Shown: piece by piece, positions 48,551 through 58,621 of the stretch
Numbering within the stretch: the first letter of the stretch is position 1
Layout of the letters: every line of letters starts with the position of its first letter
NCBI GenBank assembly: GCA_963422205.2
Contig: CAXMWX010000005.1
Location: 128,001 to 192,000 of the forward strand
DNA length: 64,000 nucleotides
Direction of reading: 5' to 3'
DNA from: Gammaproteobacteria bacterium
GTDB taxonomy: Bacteria > Pseudomonadota > Gammaproteobacteria > Eutrophobiales > Eutrophobiaceae
Position numbers and translations under genes: made by a program
Notes under the pieces: generated by a model
Databases searched by the model: none
Seen by the model: only the letters and a program-made list of their open reading frames with translations
What the model was told of the DNA's origin: nothing

Positions 48551-48902
48551 ACCGGCCAGATAAACCAGCAGCCTACCCCTCCATCGTGCCAGAAAAAACA
48601 CCATGCCGGGCGAATAGCTGTACGGCGGCGAACTCAACCGCCGACCCCCAAAGCGATGCGTCAGTGCAGGGTGTCATGTGTGTCAGCATCGCTTCAATCT
48701 GCGGCCAGGGGTTGGGATCAGGCACAACGCAAGAGGTCAGAATCAACCGGTGATTTCACCCGCCAGACGCTGAAACCGCCCGCAGCCTGCCACCTCCTCC
48801 GCAGCCGTCCCGGCAGAGCGTCCACTTGTCACCCTGGCGGCATTTGTTAAAATTCAGGCACGATCCGTATTCCGGGCGAGACCATCCATAGCAGGCGTCA
48901 TC

Positions 48903-50288
48903 TTGCAATCCGAATCAGCCACCCAACGCACCGTACTTCTCATCGTCTGCCTGGGGGCGTTCATATCGCCCCTGATGCTCTCTGCGGTCAACGTGGCTAT
49001 TCCGGGGATTGCACAGGACTTCGGGGCAACCGCCACCGCCATCAGCTGGATACCGCTGGCCTATCTACTGAGCAGCGCCGTGTTCATGTTACCGGCGGGG
49101 CGCATTGCCGATGGCTACGGGCGCAAGCGCATCTACCAGACCGGCATGATCGTCATCACCGTGGCCTCCTCGCTGGCGGCACTGAGCGAGTCCATCGGCT
49201 GGCTGCTGTTTTGCCGGGCCTTGCAGGGCCTGGGGGCGGCCATGTTATTCGCCACCGGCCAGGCCATGCTGGCCTCGGTCTTCCCACCGGCCAAACGTGG
49301 CCGTGCCATCGGCCTGTCCGTCTCCGCCGTGTATCTGGGGCTGACCGCCGGGCCGGCACTGGGTGGCTGGGCGATAGCGGCTTACGGCTGGCGCGCCAGC
49401 CTGCTCATCCACCTGCCGTTGGCCCTGCTGGTCATCGGCATCACGCGGCTGAAATTAACCGGCGACTGGCGGGGTGATGAGAGCAGAAAGCTCGATCTGA
49501 CCGGCAGCCTGATCTATGGCGGGGCGCTGGTTATCAGCATGTACGGCTTATCTTCACTGCCCGGGGCAACAGGCATTGCCTGCATCATTCTCGGCTGTGT
49601 CGGCTTTATTGTGTTCTTTCGTTATGCCCGCCGGCGTGCTGATCCCATCTTTGATGTCAGCCTGTTTCGCACCAACCGGCTGTTTACTTTTTCCTGCCTT
49701 GCCGCCCTGGCGATCTATGCAGCAACCTTCAGCATTTCCTATCTGATGAGCCTATACCTGCAATACATCAAAGGGCTGGCAGCCGACAGCGCCGGCATCA
49801 TCATGATCGGCCAGCCCTTAATCATGACCTTATTATCGCCAGTGGCAGGCAGACTGTCAGACAAATATGAAGCCTGGGTGCTGGCCTCATCGGGCGTTGG
49901 GCTTGTCTGTGTCGGGCTGGGCCTGCTGGCAAGCCTGACGGCAGACAGCGCTGTGATGACGGTTTTTATCTACCTGATGCTGACCGGGATGGGTTTCGCC
50001 CTGTTCAGCGCACCGAATATGAATGCCATCATGAGTTCGGTCAACAAGCGCCATTTAGGGCTTGCCGCCGGCTCTGTCAGCACCATGCGTGTACTCGGGC
50101 AAATGATCAGCATGGCGATAGTCACCGTGGTATTTGCTTTGCTGGTGGGGCCTGTTGAGGTGGTCTTGCTCGATCATGACCTGCTGATGCACAGCATTCG
50201 CATGAGCTTCGTGGCCGCTGCCTGCCTTGCGGCCACGGCCATCCCCTTATCGCTGAAGCGGGGCAACATGCGCCTTGATGCAGGTTGA
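48903..50288 (+). CDS. MFS transporter, DHA2 (14-TM) type
   Basis: GRIADGYGRKR motif A, RALQGLG and GPALGG motif C. Confidence 0.9.
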   Translation: MQSESATQRTVLLIVCLGAFISPLMLSAVNVAIPGIAQDFGATATAISWIPLAYLLSSAVFMLPAGRIADGYGRKRIYQTGMIVITVASSLAALSESIGWLLFCRALQGLGAAMLFATGQAMLASVFPPAKRGRAIGLSVSAVYLGLTAGPALGGWAIAAYGWRASLLIHLPLALLVIGITRLKLTGDWRGDESRKLDLTGSLIYGGALVISMYGLSSLPGATGIACIILGCVGFIVFFRYARRRADPIFDVSLFRTNRLFTFSCLAALAIYAATFSISYLMSLYLQYIKGLAADSAGIIMIGQPLIMTLLSPVAGRLSDKYEAWVLASSGVGLVCVGLGLLASLTADSAVMTVFIYLMLTGMGFALFSAPNMNAIMSSVNKRHLGLAAGSVSTMRVLGQMISMAIVTVVFALLVGPVEVVLLDHDLLMHSIRMSFVAAACLAATAIPLSLKRGNMRLDAG

Positions 50289-50321
50289 TGCCAAGTGCTG
50301 ACAGCACATGGGCGGCCCCGG

Positions 50322-51182
50322 TTACGGGCGTTTGCCGTAACGCCAGCGGGTGGCGAAGGTAAACACCCGCTCATCACACACATCAATACACCGCCCGCAG
50401 TTGGTGCAGTCACCACTTAAGATCAATGGGCTGGCCTGCTCGTTGGCCGGTTTCAATGCCGGGGCGATCACCTGGGGTTCAGGGCAGTGCGTAAAGCAAT
50501 CCCCACAGTCAGTGCATGCCTGCCTGTCAGCGGCTTTAATGCGGATCAGGGAGACCTTGCCCAGCACGCCATAGAACACGCCCACCGGGCAGAGATGCCC
50601 ACACCAGGCACGGCGGCTGACAAAGACATCCAGCAGAAATACCGCCAGCATGATCACCCAGGCCATGCCCATGCCGAAGACCAGCCCTCGTTGTAACAGG
50701 GTGATCGGGTTGACTATCTCCCAGGCAATCGTTGTGGTCAGGGCAGAGACGATCAGCACCATGATAAACAGCCAGTTGCGGCTGGATTTTTTCAGTGGCA
50801 GGCTGGCGCTGATCCCCAGTTGGGTACGCAACCAATAGGCCAGATCCGTGACGATGTTGATCGGACACACCCAGGAGCAATATGCCCGGCCGCCCAGCAG
50901 CAGGTAGATGATGACGACATTCAGCGCACCCATGCTCGCAAGCGTGCCCATCTTGTGGCCGGCGGCAATCGATTGCAGGTAGATATACGGATCAGTCAAG
51001 GGCAGGACAGAGAACACCGTACTGGAGGCAAGATTCCCTTTGAGGATCCACAGCCCATAGAGCGGCCCGGCAAGAAACAGGCCCAGCAATGTCAACTGCG
51101 AGGTGCGCCTTAGCAGCCACCATGTATGCCGGCTGAACCAGGAACGCCTGCTCGTTACAGACATGACGGCTTGCTGTCCCAT
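50322..51182 (-). CDS. mauN: Ferredoxin-type membrane protein MauN/NapH
   Basis: GRAYCSWVCP, WCGHLCP and two CxxCxxCxxxC motifs. Confidence 0.88.
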   Translation of the reverse strand: MGQQAVMSVTSRRSWFSRHTWWLLRRTSQLTLLGLFLAGPLYGLWILKGNLASSTVFSVLPLTDPYIYLQSIAAGHKMGTLASMGALNVVIIYLLLGGRAYCSWVCPINIVTDLAYWLRTQLGISASLPLKKSSRNWLFIMVLIVSALTTTIAWEIVNPITLLQRGLVFGMGMAWVIMLAVFLLDVFVSRRAWCGHLCPVGVFYGVLGKVSLIRIKAADRQACTDCGDCFTHCPEPQVIAPALKPANEQASPLILSGDCTNCGRCIDVCDERVFTFATRWRYGKRP

Positions 51183-51186
51183 GGCG

Positions 51187-51843
51187 TTAGCGGTCCTGCT
51201 TCGCCAGCACCGTTGGTAACACCTTGATGGACGCCTGCTCTGTCACGCACGCTTTCTCACACTTGCCGCAGCCGGTGCAATGGGCGGCATGGACTGTCGG
51301 CTCAAAATAGGTGCGGCGGCCGGTGCGTTTTTGCTCCATCGTGATCGCCTCGCCTTGCAGCGGACAGGCCAGATAACAGGCACGGCAATGGGCGGCGCCC
51401 GTGATGCTGTAGCAGGTATCCAAACCCGTCATCACCGCCACCCCCATGCTCGCCTGCCCGACATCATCAAGCTCCTTGCTCAAGGCATCGGTCGGGCAGG
51501 CGGCGGTACAGGGAATATCCTCGCACATCTCACAGGGCACCTGGCGGGCGATGAAATACGGCGAGCCAGTCGCCACGTCCTCGGCAAATGTGGCCAGGCG
51601 CAAGGTATCAAACGGGCAAGCACGCACACACAGGCCGCAACGCACACAGGCAGCCAAAAAGTCCTCATCATCAATGGCACCGGGCGGGCGCAGCGCCCAA
51701 GCCGGGGTCGAGACAGACTGCGCTGAATAGGCGCCAAGCAAGAGGCCGATGAGGCTGAAACCGCCCGCCGTTTGCAGGCACTGCCCGACAAACTGCCGCC
51801 GACTCAGGTAATGTGCGTGATCTGGATTCGCTGTATCGGCCAT
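51187..51843 (-). CDS. mauM: Periplasmic polyferredoxin MauM/NapG
   Basis: Tat motif SRRQF; LRPPGA, CVRCGLCVRACP, CEMCEDIPC and CTGCGKCEKAC. Confidence 0.88.
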   Translation of the reverse strand: MADTANPDHAHYLSRRQFVGQCLQTAGGFSLIGLLLGAYSAQSVSTPAWALRPPGAIDDEDFLAACVRCGLCVRACPFDTLRLATFAEDVATGSPYFIARQVPCEMCEDIPCTAACPTDALSKELDDVGQASMGVAVMTGLDTCYSITGAAHCRACYLACPLQGEAITMEQKRTGRRTYFEPTVHAAHCTGCGKCEKACVTEQASIKVLPTVLAKQDR

Positions 51844-51883
51844 ACCGCCCTCGTTAGCTTGCTACCCCCCCCCCAGGTAACAA

Positions 51884-51899
51884 TAGTACAGCCGTCCTA
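51884..51899. promoter_or_regulatory. Palindrome TAGTAC-N4-GTCCTA upstream of mauM
   Basis: atagtac agcc gtcctat has one mismatch to a perfect inverted repeat. Confidence 0.45.
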
Positions 51900-51954
51900 T
51901 TTATTCAAGCAGCAAGAGGAGGCCGGCACAACCACCTCAGCGGTTAGCAGCTAA

Positions 51955-52314
51955 TCAGCAACTTCTTATGCAGGCATTCTCTATCTCACGGCAATCGTAT
52001 CGACAAGATACGCTACCACCCCGGCAAGACAGATCACAGGTCTTCTTTTCTTTCAAACAACGATACTCACATCTTTTACGCTTTTTTTCTGATCTTTCAG
52101 CGAGAATTGCTCGCTTTATCCTGAGCACATCGCTTGGATAAACTGCAAACAGCAAGTCATTGTCGCTTGATTGCCCCGAGGCAAAGGGGTTGGACGCATC
52201 ACACAAGACCAGGGGGGCTGACTCACCAGCGATGGGTATCGCCTCATCGGCGATTGTGGCGGTGTTGGATAGGGTAGTAGCGACAAGGGATAACAGGCAG
52301 ATAAGGTGTTTCAT
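51955..52314 (-). CDS. Secreted small protein with C-terminal (CX3CX6)3CX3C domain
   Basis: AGGAG RBS, ATG at 52314 and signal peptide, then KKRKR followed by CEYRC-6-CDLSC-6-CRYDC-6-CIRSC*. Confidence 0.75.
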   Translation of the reverse strand: MKHLICLLSLVATTLSNTATIADEAIPIAGESAPLVLCDASNPFASGQSSDNDLLFAVYPSDVLRIKRAILAERSEKKRKRCEYRCLKEKKTCDLSCRGGSVSCRYDCREIENACIRSC

Positions 52315-52323
52315 ATTTTCAGT

Positions 52324-52462
52324 CTCCTGTGTTATTAGATGACACCCGACACGCAGCAGGGTGTCGGGCATTTCAACATGCGCTAACACAGGAAAGCACA
52401 CCCTACTTATTTCCGGGTGGTCTTGTATTCGTAGGATACCCGACCGGGGGGCTCCTGTGTTA
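52324..52462 (-). promoter_or_regulatory. Structured 5' leader with alternative RBS-sequestering pairings
   Basis: UAACACAGGA occurs twice (one copy is the RBS) with one UCCUGUGUUA complement between them, plus an internal hairpin and a possible pseudoknot. Confidence 0.55.
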
Positions 52463-52628
52463 AACGCAAGACACAGATTTCTGTTGAAGGAAACCTGTAT
52501 GCAGGGCATACTACACACGCAACATTAAAATGCAACCCTTGATAAGCCAGGCCGATGGGATGATGCAGGCGGTGTATTATCGGCTGGTTCTTACCCGAGG
52601 CATGACAACAAGCCGCCGGCAAGCCCCG

Positions 52629-53105
52629 TCATAACTGCGTCTGTAACGGCAGTTCGGTCGTGTCCTTGATCTCGGTGACGGCGATGGTGGAGTGCATTTC
52701 CCGAATCATCGGCAAGCTCATCAAGTGATTGCGGATGAAGCGCTCATAATGCTGGATGTCTTTGGTGATGATCTTCAGCAGGTAATCCATGGTGCCGGTC
52801 ACGGTATAACAGGCCAGCACTTCAGGGAATTTGCGGATGGCTTTTTCAAACTCCTCCAGGTTTTCCCGACCATGGGCGGACAGGCTGATGGTAACGAACA
52901 CCACCACCTCCATGCCCAGCTTGACGTGATCCAGCACAGCGACCCGGCGCTTGATCAAGCCGGCCTGCTGCAAGCGGCTGATACGCCGCCAGCAAGGGGA
53001 CTGTGACAGACCGACCCGGGCGGCGACCTGGGCCGTGCTCAAGGCCGCATTACGCTGCAATAATTGCAATATTCGGATATCGCTGTCATTCAACTCAATC
53101 GGCAT
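52629..53105 (-). CDS. Lrp/AsnC family regulator
   Basis: DIRILQLLQ..VGLSQSPCWRRI and CYTVTGTMDYLLKI motifs. Confidence 0.95.
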   Translation of the reverse strand: MPIELNDSDIRILQLLQRNAALSTAQVAARVGLSQSPCWRRISRLQQAGLIKRRVAVLDHVKLGMEVVVFVTISLSAHGRENLEEFEKAIRKFPEVLACYTVTGTMDYLLKIITKDIQHYERFIRNHLMSLPMIREMHSTIAVTEIKDTTELPLQTQL

Positions 53106-53238
53106 TACTTAACCTTTTTTATGCAAAAAATTAGATTATTTATGCAAAATATACCCGTTTTATCGAATGAATAAAATAATAATTTCCCTCCGTTTATCCT
53201 AAGATTGAGACCATTATCTGCAACGGAGTATCCTCACC

Positions 53239-56200
53239 ATGGCGCCCACACCTGTCCCCCCGGCAATGATTTCACTGGAAGATAAATACGCCCTGGATGC
53301 CACCCGTGCATACATCACTGGCATTGAAGCCCTGGTCAGGCTGCCCATCCTGCAACACCAGCGTGACCTGGAAGCAGGGCTGAATACCGCCGGCTTCATC
53401 TCCGGTTATCGCGGCTCCCCGCTGGGCAATCTAGACCAGTCACTGTGGCAGGCAAAGCCGCATCTGGACAAACATCACATCCACTTCCAGCCCGGTGTCA
53501 ACGAAGACCTGGCCGCCACTGCCGTCTGGGGTTCGCAGCAGGTGAACCTGTTTCCCCAGGCGAAGTACGATGGCGTCTTCGGCTTATGGTATGGCAAAGG
53601 CCCGGGGGTGGATCGCAGCATGGACGCCATCCGTCATGCCAATGCGTTTGGCACCGCAAAATACGGCGGCGTGCTGGCAATCGCCGGCGATGATCATGCG
53701 TGCAAGTCCTCCACCTTGCCGCACCAGAGTGAGCATCTGTTCATCGGCGCCTCCATTCCGGTGTTAAGCCCGGCCAATGTACAGGAGGTGCTGGACTTGG
53801 GAGTCTACGGGTGGGAATTGTCACGTTACAGCGGCTGCTGGGTGGCGTTGAAAGCGATCACGGAAAACATGGACTCCGCCCTATCGGCCGAGATCGATCC
53901 GCATCGGGTGAGCATAACCCGGCCGGATGATTTTGCCCTGCCCGATGACGGCGTCAATGCCCGCTGGCCGGACCTGCCGCTGGCGCAGGAGCGGCGGCTG
54001 AACAAATATAAAATTTACGCGGCGCGACATTTTGCCTATGTCAACCGGCTGAATCGGATCATGCTGGACAGCGATAACCCGCGCTTGGGAATCATCACGG
54101 CTGGCAAGGCATATCTGGATGTCTTGCAGGCGCTGGATGATCTGGGTATTGATGCGGCCGAGGCGGGGCGTATCGGCCTTAGGGTTTACAAGCTGGGCAT
54201 GAGCTGGCCGTTGGAGCCGCTCGCCACGCACGCCTTTGCTGAAGGGCTGGAGGAGATCCTGGTGGTGGAGGAGAAACGCAGCATTATCGAAGATCAACTC
54301 ACCGGGCAATTATACAACTGGCCAGTAGATAAACGTCCACGTGTGGTCGGCGAGTTTGATGAGCACGGGGCTGACTTGCTGCCGAACATCGGCGAGCTCA
54401 CCCCCGCCCTGGTCGCCAAGGCGATCGCCTCGCGCACCGGCAGGTTTTATACCAGCAAAACCATTGAGCAACGGCTGGCCTTTCTGACAGCAAAAGCGCA
54501 GCGCTTATCTGCCCCCCGAAATGTGCTCACCCGTGTGCCTTATTTTTGCTCCGGCTGCCCGCATAACAGCTCGACCAAAGTGCCGGCAGGCAGCCGGGCG
54601 ATGGCCGGCATAGGCTGTCACTACATGGTGCAGTGGATGGATCGCCAGACCCTGACATTCACACACATGGGCGGCGAAGGGGCCACCTGGATTGGTCAGG
54701 CGCCGTTTACCGACACCGAACATGTGTTTCAAAACCTGGGCGATGGCACGTATTTTCACTCCGGCATTCTTGCCATACGCGCCGCCATCGCCGCCGGGGT
54801 CAACATCACGTATAAAATTCTCTACAACGATGCCGTGGCCATGACCGGCGGGCAAAAAGTCGAGGGCAATTTGAGTGTGAGCCAGATCGTCAACCAGCTT
54901 ATCGGCGAGGGTATCAAACGTATTGCGATCCTCACCGATGAGATGAAGCCTTACCCTGACATCTTCCCTGGCTTTGCTGGCCTTAGCATTGATCAGCGTG
55001 ACCGGCTTGAGGCTATTCAACTGGAACTGAGACAGATAACCGGCACCACGATCATCATCTATGATCAGACCTGTGCTGCCGAGAAACGTCGGCGCCGGAG
55101 AAAAAATCTGCTGCCAGGGCCGGCCCGACGTATTTTTATCAACGAGGAGGTCTGCGAAGGCTGTGGGGATTGCGGCATCCAGTCGAATTGTTTATCGGTC
55201 CTGCCCAGGGAAACCCCGCTTGGACGCAAGCGACAAATTGACCAGCATGCCTGTAATCAGGACTTCAGTTGTGTTGAGGGCCTTTGCCCCAGTTTTGTCT
55301 CCGTGATGGGCGCTGAGTTGAAGACAGGCAAGCCCGTTGGACAGACAACGATAGTCAATGCCTTGCCGAAGCCGGACCTGCCATCACTCGCCCAGCCCTG
55401 GAATATCCTGATCACGGGCATAGGCGGCACGGGTGTGCTGACTGTCAGCTCTATCCTGGCCATGGCGGCACACATTGAGGGCAAGGGTTGTTCGGTATTA
55501 AACCAGACCGGACTGGCACAAAAATTTGGCTCGGTCATCAGCCATGTCCGCATCGGCGCACAGCAGGACGATATCCATGCGGTAAGAATAGCGGCCGGTG
55601 ATGCCGATCTCCTATTAGGTGGCGATCTGGTGGTGGCGGCCTCGGATGAGGCACTGACCAAACTGCACCGGCAGCGCTCATATGCCATCATCAATGCCTG
55701 TCACTCGCCAACGGCGGATTTTATTACCGCACCGGATGCCATATTTCCAGCCGATGCCATGCGTACCACTGTGCTGGAAGAAGTTGGGGCGGACAAGGCC
55801 TGGTTCATTGATGCGATGAGTATCAGCACGCAGATACTGGGCGATCCCATCGCCTGCAACGTATTGCTGCTGGGGTATGCCTGGCAACGGGGGTTGATCC
55901 CCGTCAGCGCCGAGGCTATAAATCAGGCGCTTGCGGTGAACGGCGTGGCGGTTGAACTTAACCGCCAGGCATTTCTGTGGGGCCGGCGCACAGCATCTGA
56001 TGAGGAGGCCGTGCTGGCCAGGGTGGATAGAACAGAAGCCGGACAGAAAGCGCCGGTGCAGATCGATGAGATCATTCGAGACAGACATCAGCGCCTGTGT
56101 GATTATCAGGACAAGCCCTGTGCAGATGCGTATGAAAAATTTATCACCCACACAAGAGCGGCTGAAAAACAGGCTGTCGGCCAGACGGTGGCGAATAAAA

Positions 56201-56748
56201 ACGGAGAGGAATTCAGCCGTGCCGTGAGCTGTAATCTGTATAAACTTATGGCATATAAAGATGAATATGAAGTCGCCCGGCTGTATAGCAATGGAAAATT
56301 TATGCAGCAACTCAATGCCACATTCAGCGGCGACTTCACCTTGCGCTTTCATCTGGCCCCGCCGATCCTGGCGCGCCGGGATCATGCCAGCGGCAGATTG
56401 AAAAAACGTACCTTCCCACAGGCAACGCTGGTCTTGTTTGCCTTGCTGGCAAAGCTGAAATATCTGCGTGGCGGTTGGTTTGATGTATTTGGCTATAAGG
56501 AAGAGCGCATGCGGGAGCGGCGGCTGATTGCTGAGTATAAAGCAACTATCAATGCGATTTTGACCGACATCAACGCGGAAAATTATGCCACAGCGGTAAA
56601 GTTAGCCCGGCTGCCGGAGCAAATCAGAGGATTTGGTGTGGTCAAGTCTGCGAATATGAAAAAAGCAGCACGTGAAAAAACCAGGTTACTGAATCAATTT
56701 TACCATCGCTTGCCAGAAGCACGGCGTTCACCTGATCAAACGGCATAA
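53239..56748 (+). CDS. Indolepyruvate/phenylpyruvate:ferredoxin oxidoreductase family, fused single chain
   Basis: GFISGYRGSPLG, FCSGCPHN, GDGTYFHSG (TPP), CEGCGDC, GIGGTGV and AYKDEYEVARL motifs. Confidence 0.93.
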   Translation: MAPTPVPPAMISLEDKYALDATRAYITGIEALVRLPILQHQRDLEAGLNTAGFISGYRGSPLGNLDQSLWQAKPHLDKHHIHFQPGVNEDLAATAVWGSQQVNLFPQAKYDGVFGLWYGKGPGVDRSMDAIRHANAFGTAKYGGVLAIAGDDHACKSSTLPHQSEHLFIGASIPVLSPANVQEVLDLGVYGWELSRYSGCWVALKAITENMDSALSAEIDPHRVSITRPDDFALPDDGVNARWPDLPLAQERRLNKYKIYAARHFAYVNRLNRIMLDSDNPRLGIITAGKAYLDVLQALDDLGIDAAEAGRIGLRVYKLGMSWPLEPLATHAFAEGLEEILVVEEKRSIIEDQLTGQLYNWPVDKRPRVVGEFDEHGADLLPNIGELTPALVAKAIASRTGRFYTSKTIEQRLAFLTAKAQRLSAPRNVLTRVPYFCSGCPHNSSTKVPAGSRAMAGIGCHYMVQWMDRQTLTFTHMGGEGATWIGQAPFTDTEHVFQNLGDGTYFHSGILAIRAAIAAGVNITYKILYNDAVAMTGGQKVEGNLSVSQIVNQLIGEGIKRIAILTDEMKPYPDIFPGFAGLSIDQRDRLEAIQLELRQITGTTIIIYDQTCAAEKRRRRRKNLLPGPARRIFINEEVCEGCGDCGIQSNCLSVLPRETPLGRKRQIDQHACNQDFSCVEGLCPSFVSVMGAELKTGKPVGQTTIVNALPKPDLPSLAQPWNILITGIGGTGVLTVSSILAMAAHIEGKGCSVLNQTGLAQKFGSVISHVRIGAQQDDIHAVRIAAGDADLLLGGDLVVAASDEALTKLHRQRSYAIINACHSPTADFITAPDAIFPADAMRTTVLEEVGADKAWFIDAMSISTQILGDPIACNVLLLGYAWQRGLIPVSAEAINQALAVNGVAVELNRQAFLWGRRTASDEEAVLARVDRTEAGQKAPVQIDEIIRDRHQRLCDYQDKPCADAYEKFITHTRAAEKQAVGQTVANKNGEEFSRAVSCNLYKLMAYKDEYEVARLYSNGKFMQQLNATFSGDFTLRFHLAPPILARRDHASGRLKKRTFPQATLVLFALLAKLKYLRGGWFDVFGYKEERMRERRLIAEYKATINAILTDINAENYATAVKLARLPEQIRGFGVVKSANMKKAAREKTRLLNQFYHRLPEARRSPDQTA

Positions 56749-57089
56749 CACGCAACACCTTGCCAGCGATAATATCGCCGCTGATGGTGATGATGAGTGG
56801 ACGTACCAAGCTACAGAGTCCGGCCACAGCGAATCCAAAGCCACCACTTAACCCCCCCCCTTGGGCGGGCTTGCTACAGAAAGCTGGCCGACAGAAACAG
56901 ATACATGATGCCCACAGCAGTGAATCAGGCGATGCACGATAGGGGCTGGGTTTATCATCTTATCCTGGGCGATACCGGCGCATGCCTGCTGTGCTCCTTA
57001 GGATACTCAGCAGGAAGACAGTGAGCATTTCCTTTTCTGATCTGACAGGGCTGATCTGACAGGTGCTATTGGTTATGATCAGCGTAAAT

Positions 57090-57122
57090 AAAAAAGCCGA
57101 ATAACCTCATCGGTTATTCGGC
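57090..57122 (-). terminator. Rho-independent terminator of the alpha operon
   Basis: Stem gccgaataacc/ggttattcggc with an A-run on the + strand (U-run on the - strand), just after rplQ. Confidence 0.85.
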
Positions 57123-57150
57123 GGCTTATCAATACCACGATATTATTACG

Positions 57151-57543
57151 TTAATCGTCCGTGTTATCGTTATGCCCTTCCCCTGGTGGTCTGTCGACCA
57201 GTTCTACCAGCGCCATGGGCGCTTTATCCCCATTGCGAAAACCACATTTCAGAATCCGCAGATACCCCCCTGGCCGGTCTTTGTAATGCGGGCCCAGCTC
57301 ATCAAATAATTTTGTCACTGTCTGCCGGTCTCGAAGGCGCGCAAATGCCAACCGGCGCTTGGCAACCGAATCAGTTCTCGCCAGAGTAATTAATGGCTCG
57401 GCCACCCGGCGCAGCTCTTTTGCCTTGGGCACGGTGGTGCGTATGACTTCATGCTGCAACAACGACACAGCCATGTTACGAAACATCGCCTTTCGGTGAC
57501 TGCTGTTGCGGTTCAGCTTCCTGCCGCTTTCTCTGTGTCGCAT
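57151..57543 (-). CDS. rplQ: 50S ribosomal protein L17
   Basis: [24 protein letters not shown]. Confidence 0.99.
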   Translation of the reverse strand: MRHRESGRKLNRNSSHRKAMFRNMAVSLLQHEVIRTTVPKAKELRRVAEPLITLARTDSVAKRRLAFARLRDRQTVTKLFDELGPHYKDRPGGYLRILKCGFRNGDKAPMALVELVDRPPGEGHNDNTDD

Positions 57544-57579
57544 TGTTGTCTCTACGTATTGATTATTCGATCTTGAGGA

Positions 57580-58593
57580 TTACATCATGGCCGAGAGCAG
57601 GCTCCGGTCTTCATACAACCCGGCAGGTGGCCAGTTCTCCAGCCGCATACCCAGTGACAGACCACGTGATGCCAGCACATCCTTGATCTCTGTCAGTGAC
57701 TTTTTACCCAGATTCGGGGTTTTTAATAGTTCCACTTCAGTGCGCTGAATCAAATCACCGATGTAGTAGATGCTCTCGGCTTTGAGGCAATTCGCTGACC
57801 GGACGGTTAATTCAAGATCATCAACCGGACGCAGCAGAACAGGGTCGACTTCCGGCTCATTGCTGGCAGCCGCCTCTTCGGCCTCCTCGGCCTCCAGGTC
57901 AACAAAAACAGATAACTGATTACGCAGAATGCGCGCCGCCTCACGGATTGCATCTTCAGAATCAATAGTACCATTGGTTTCAATCTCAATAATCAGCTTG
58001 TCCAGATCGGTCTGTTGTTCCACCCGTGCGCTTTGCACATCATAAGCAATCCGTTTGACCGGGCTGAACGAGGCATCCAGCTTGAGTTTGCCAATCGTCT
58101 GATCAACGCCTTCTTCGGTGCTGGCAACGATAACAGGACGATAACCCCGGCCACGCTCAATTTTAATACGCATATCAAGCTCACCGGACTTGGTAAGGTT
58201 GGCAATGATATGATCCGGATTGGCTATTTCCACATCATGATCCAGGGTGATGTCACTGGCACGCACCTCGCCAAGGCCGGACTTGCTCAGTGTCAGCATG
58301 GCCTCATTATTGGTGTGCATGGTAATGGCCAGACCTTTGAGGTTGAGCAGAATATCGGTCACATCTTCCTGCACACCTTCGATGGTGGTGTACTCATGCA
58401 ATACGCCCCGAATTTCCACTTCAGTCACAGCACAACCGGACATGGATGATAACAACACCCGACGCAGGGCATTGCCCAGCGTATGACCAAAACCGCGATT
58501 CAGCGGCTCTATGGTGACCTTGGCCAGGGTGCTGGAGAGGGCCTCCACATCCACTCTTCTGGGCTTTAATAATTCATTAAATGTTGATGGCAT
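57580..58593 (-). CDS. rpoA: RNA polymerase alpha subunit
   Basis: [24 protein letters not shown] and NWPP motifs. Confidence 0.99.
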   Translation of the reverse strand: MPSTFNELLKPRRVDVEALSSTLAKVTIEPLNRGFGHTLGNALRRVLLSSMSGCAVTEVEIRGVLHEYTTIEGVQEDVTDILLNLKGLAITMHTNNEAMLTLSKSGLGEVRASDITLDHDVEIANPDHIIANLTKSGELDMRIKIERGRGYRPVIVASTEEGVDQTIGKLKLDASFSPVKRIAYDVQSARVEQQTDLDKLIIEIETNGTIDSEDAIREAARILRNQLSVFVDLEAEEAEEAAASNEPEVDPVLLRPVDDLELTVRSANCLKAESIYYIGDLIQRTEVELLKTPNLGKKSLTEIKDVLASRGLSLGMRLENWPPAGLYEDRSLLSAMM

Positions 58594-58621
58594 CTGGTTT
58601 CTTCCTCATCTCTCGCGGCTT

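Noticed and set aside
50322-51843. napGH of a nitrate reductase operon
   Set aside because: No napA, napB, napC or napD is present; proximity to mauBEDA favours mauMN.
51865-51874. C10 tract upstream of mauM (and C9 at 56852-56860) as phase-variation sites
   Set aside because: Both are intergenic, and a single sequence gives no evidence of length variation.
52400-52462. Twister, HDV-like ribozyme or guanidine-III assignment for the leader
   Set aside because: The resemblance is superficial; I could not place the conserved catalytic or ligand-binding nucleotides.
53118-53149. Direct repeat tttatgcaaaa x2 between Lrp and IOR
   Set aside because: Plausible Lrp sites, but too AT-rich and low in complexity to support.
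57037-57064. 14-bp tandem repeat ctgatctgacagg(g/t)
   Set aside because: An isolated intergenic duplication with no associated element.
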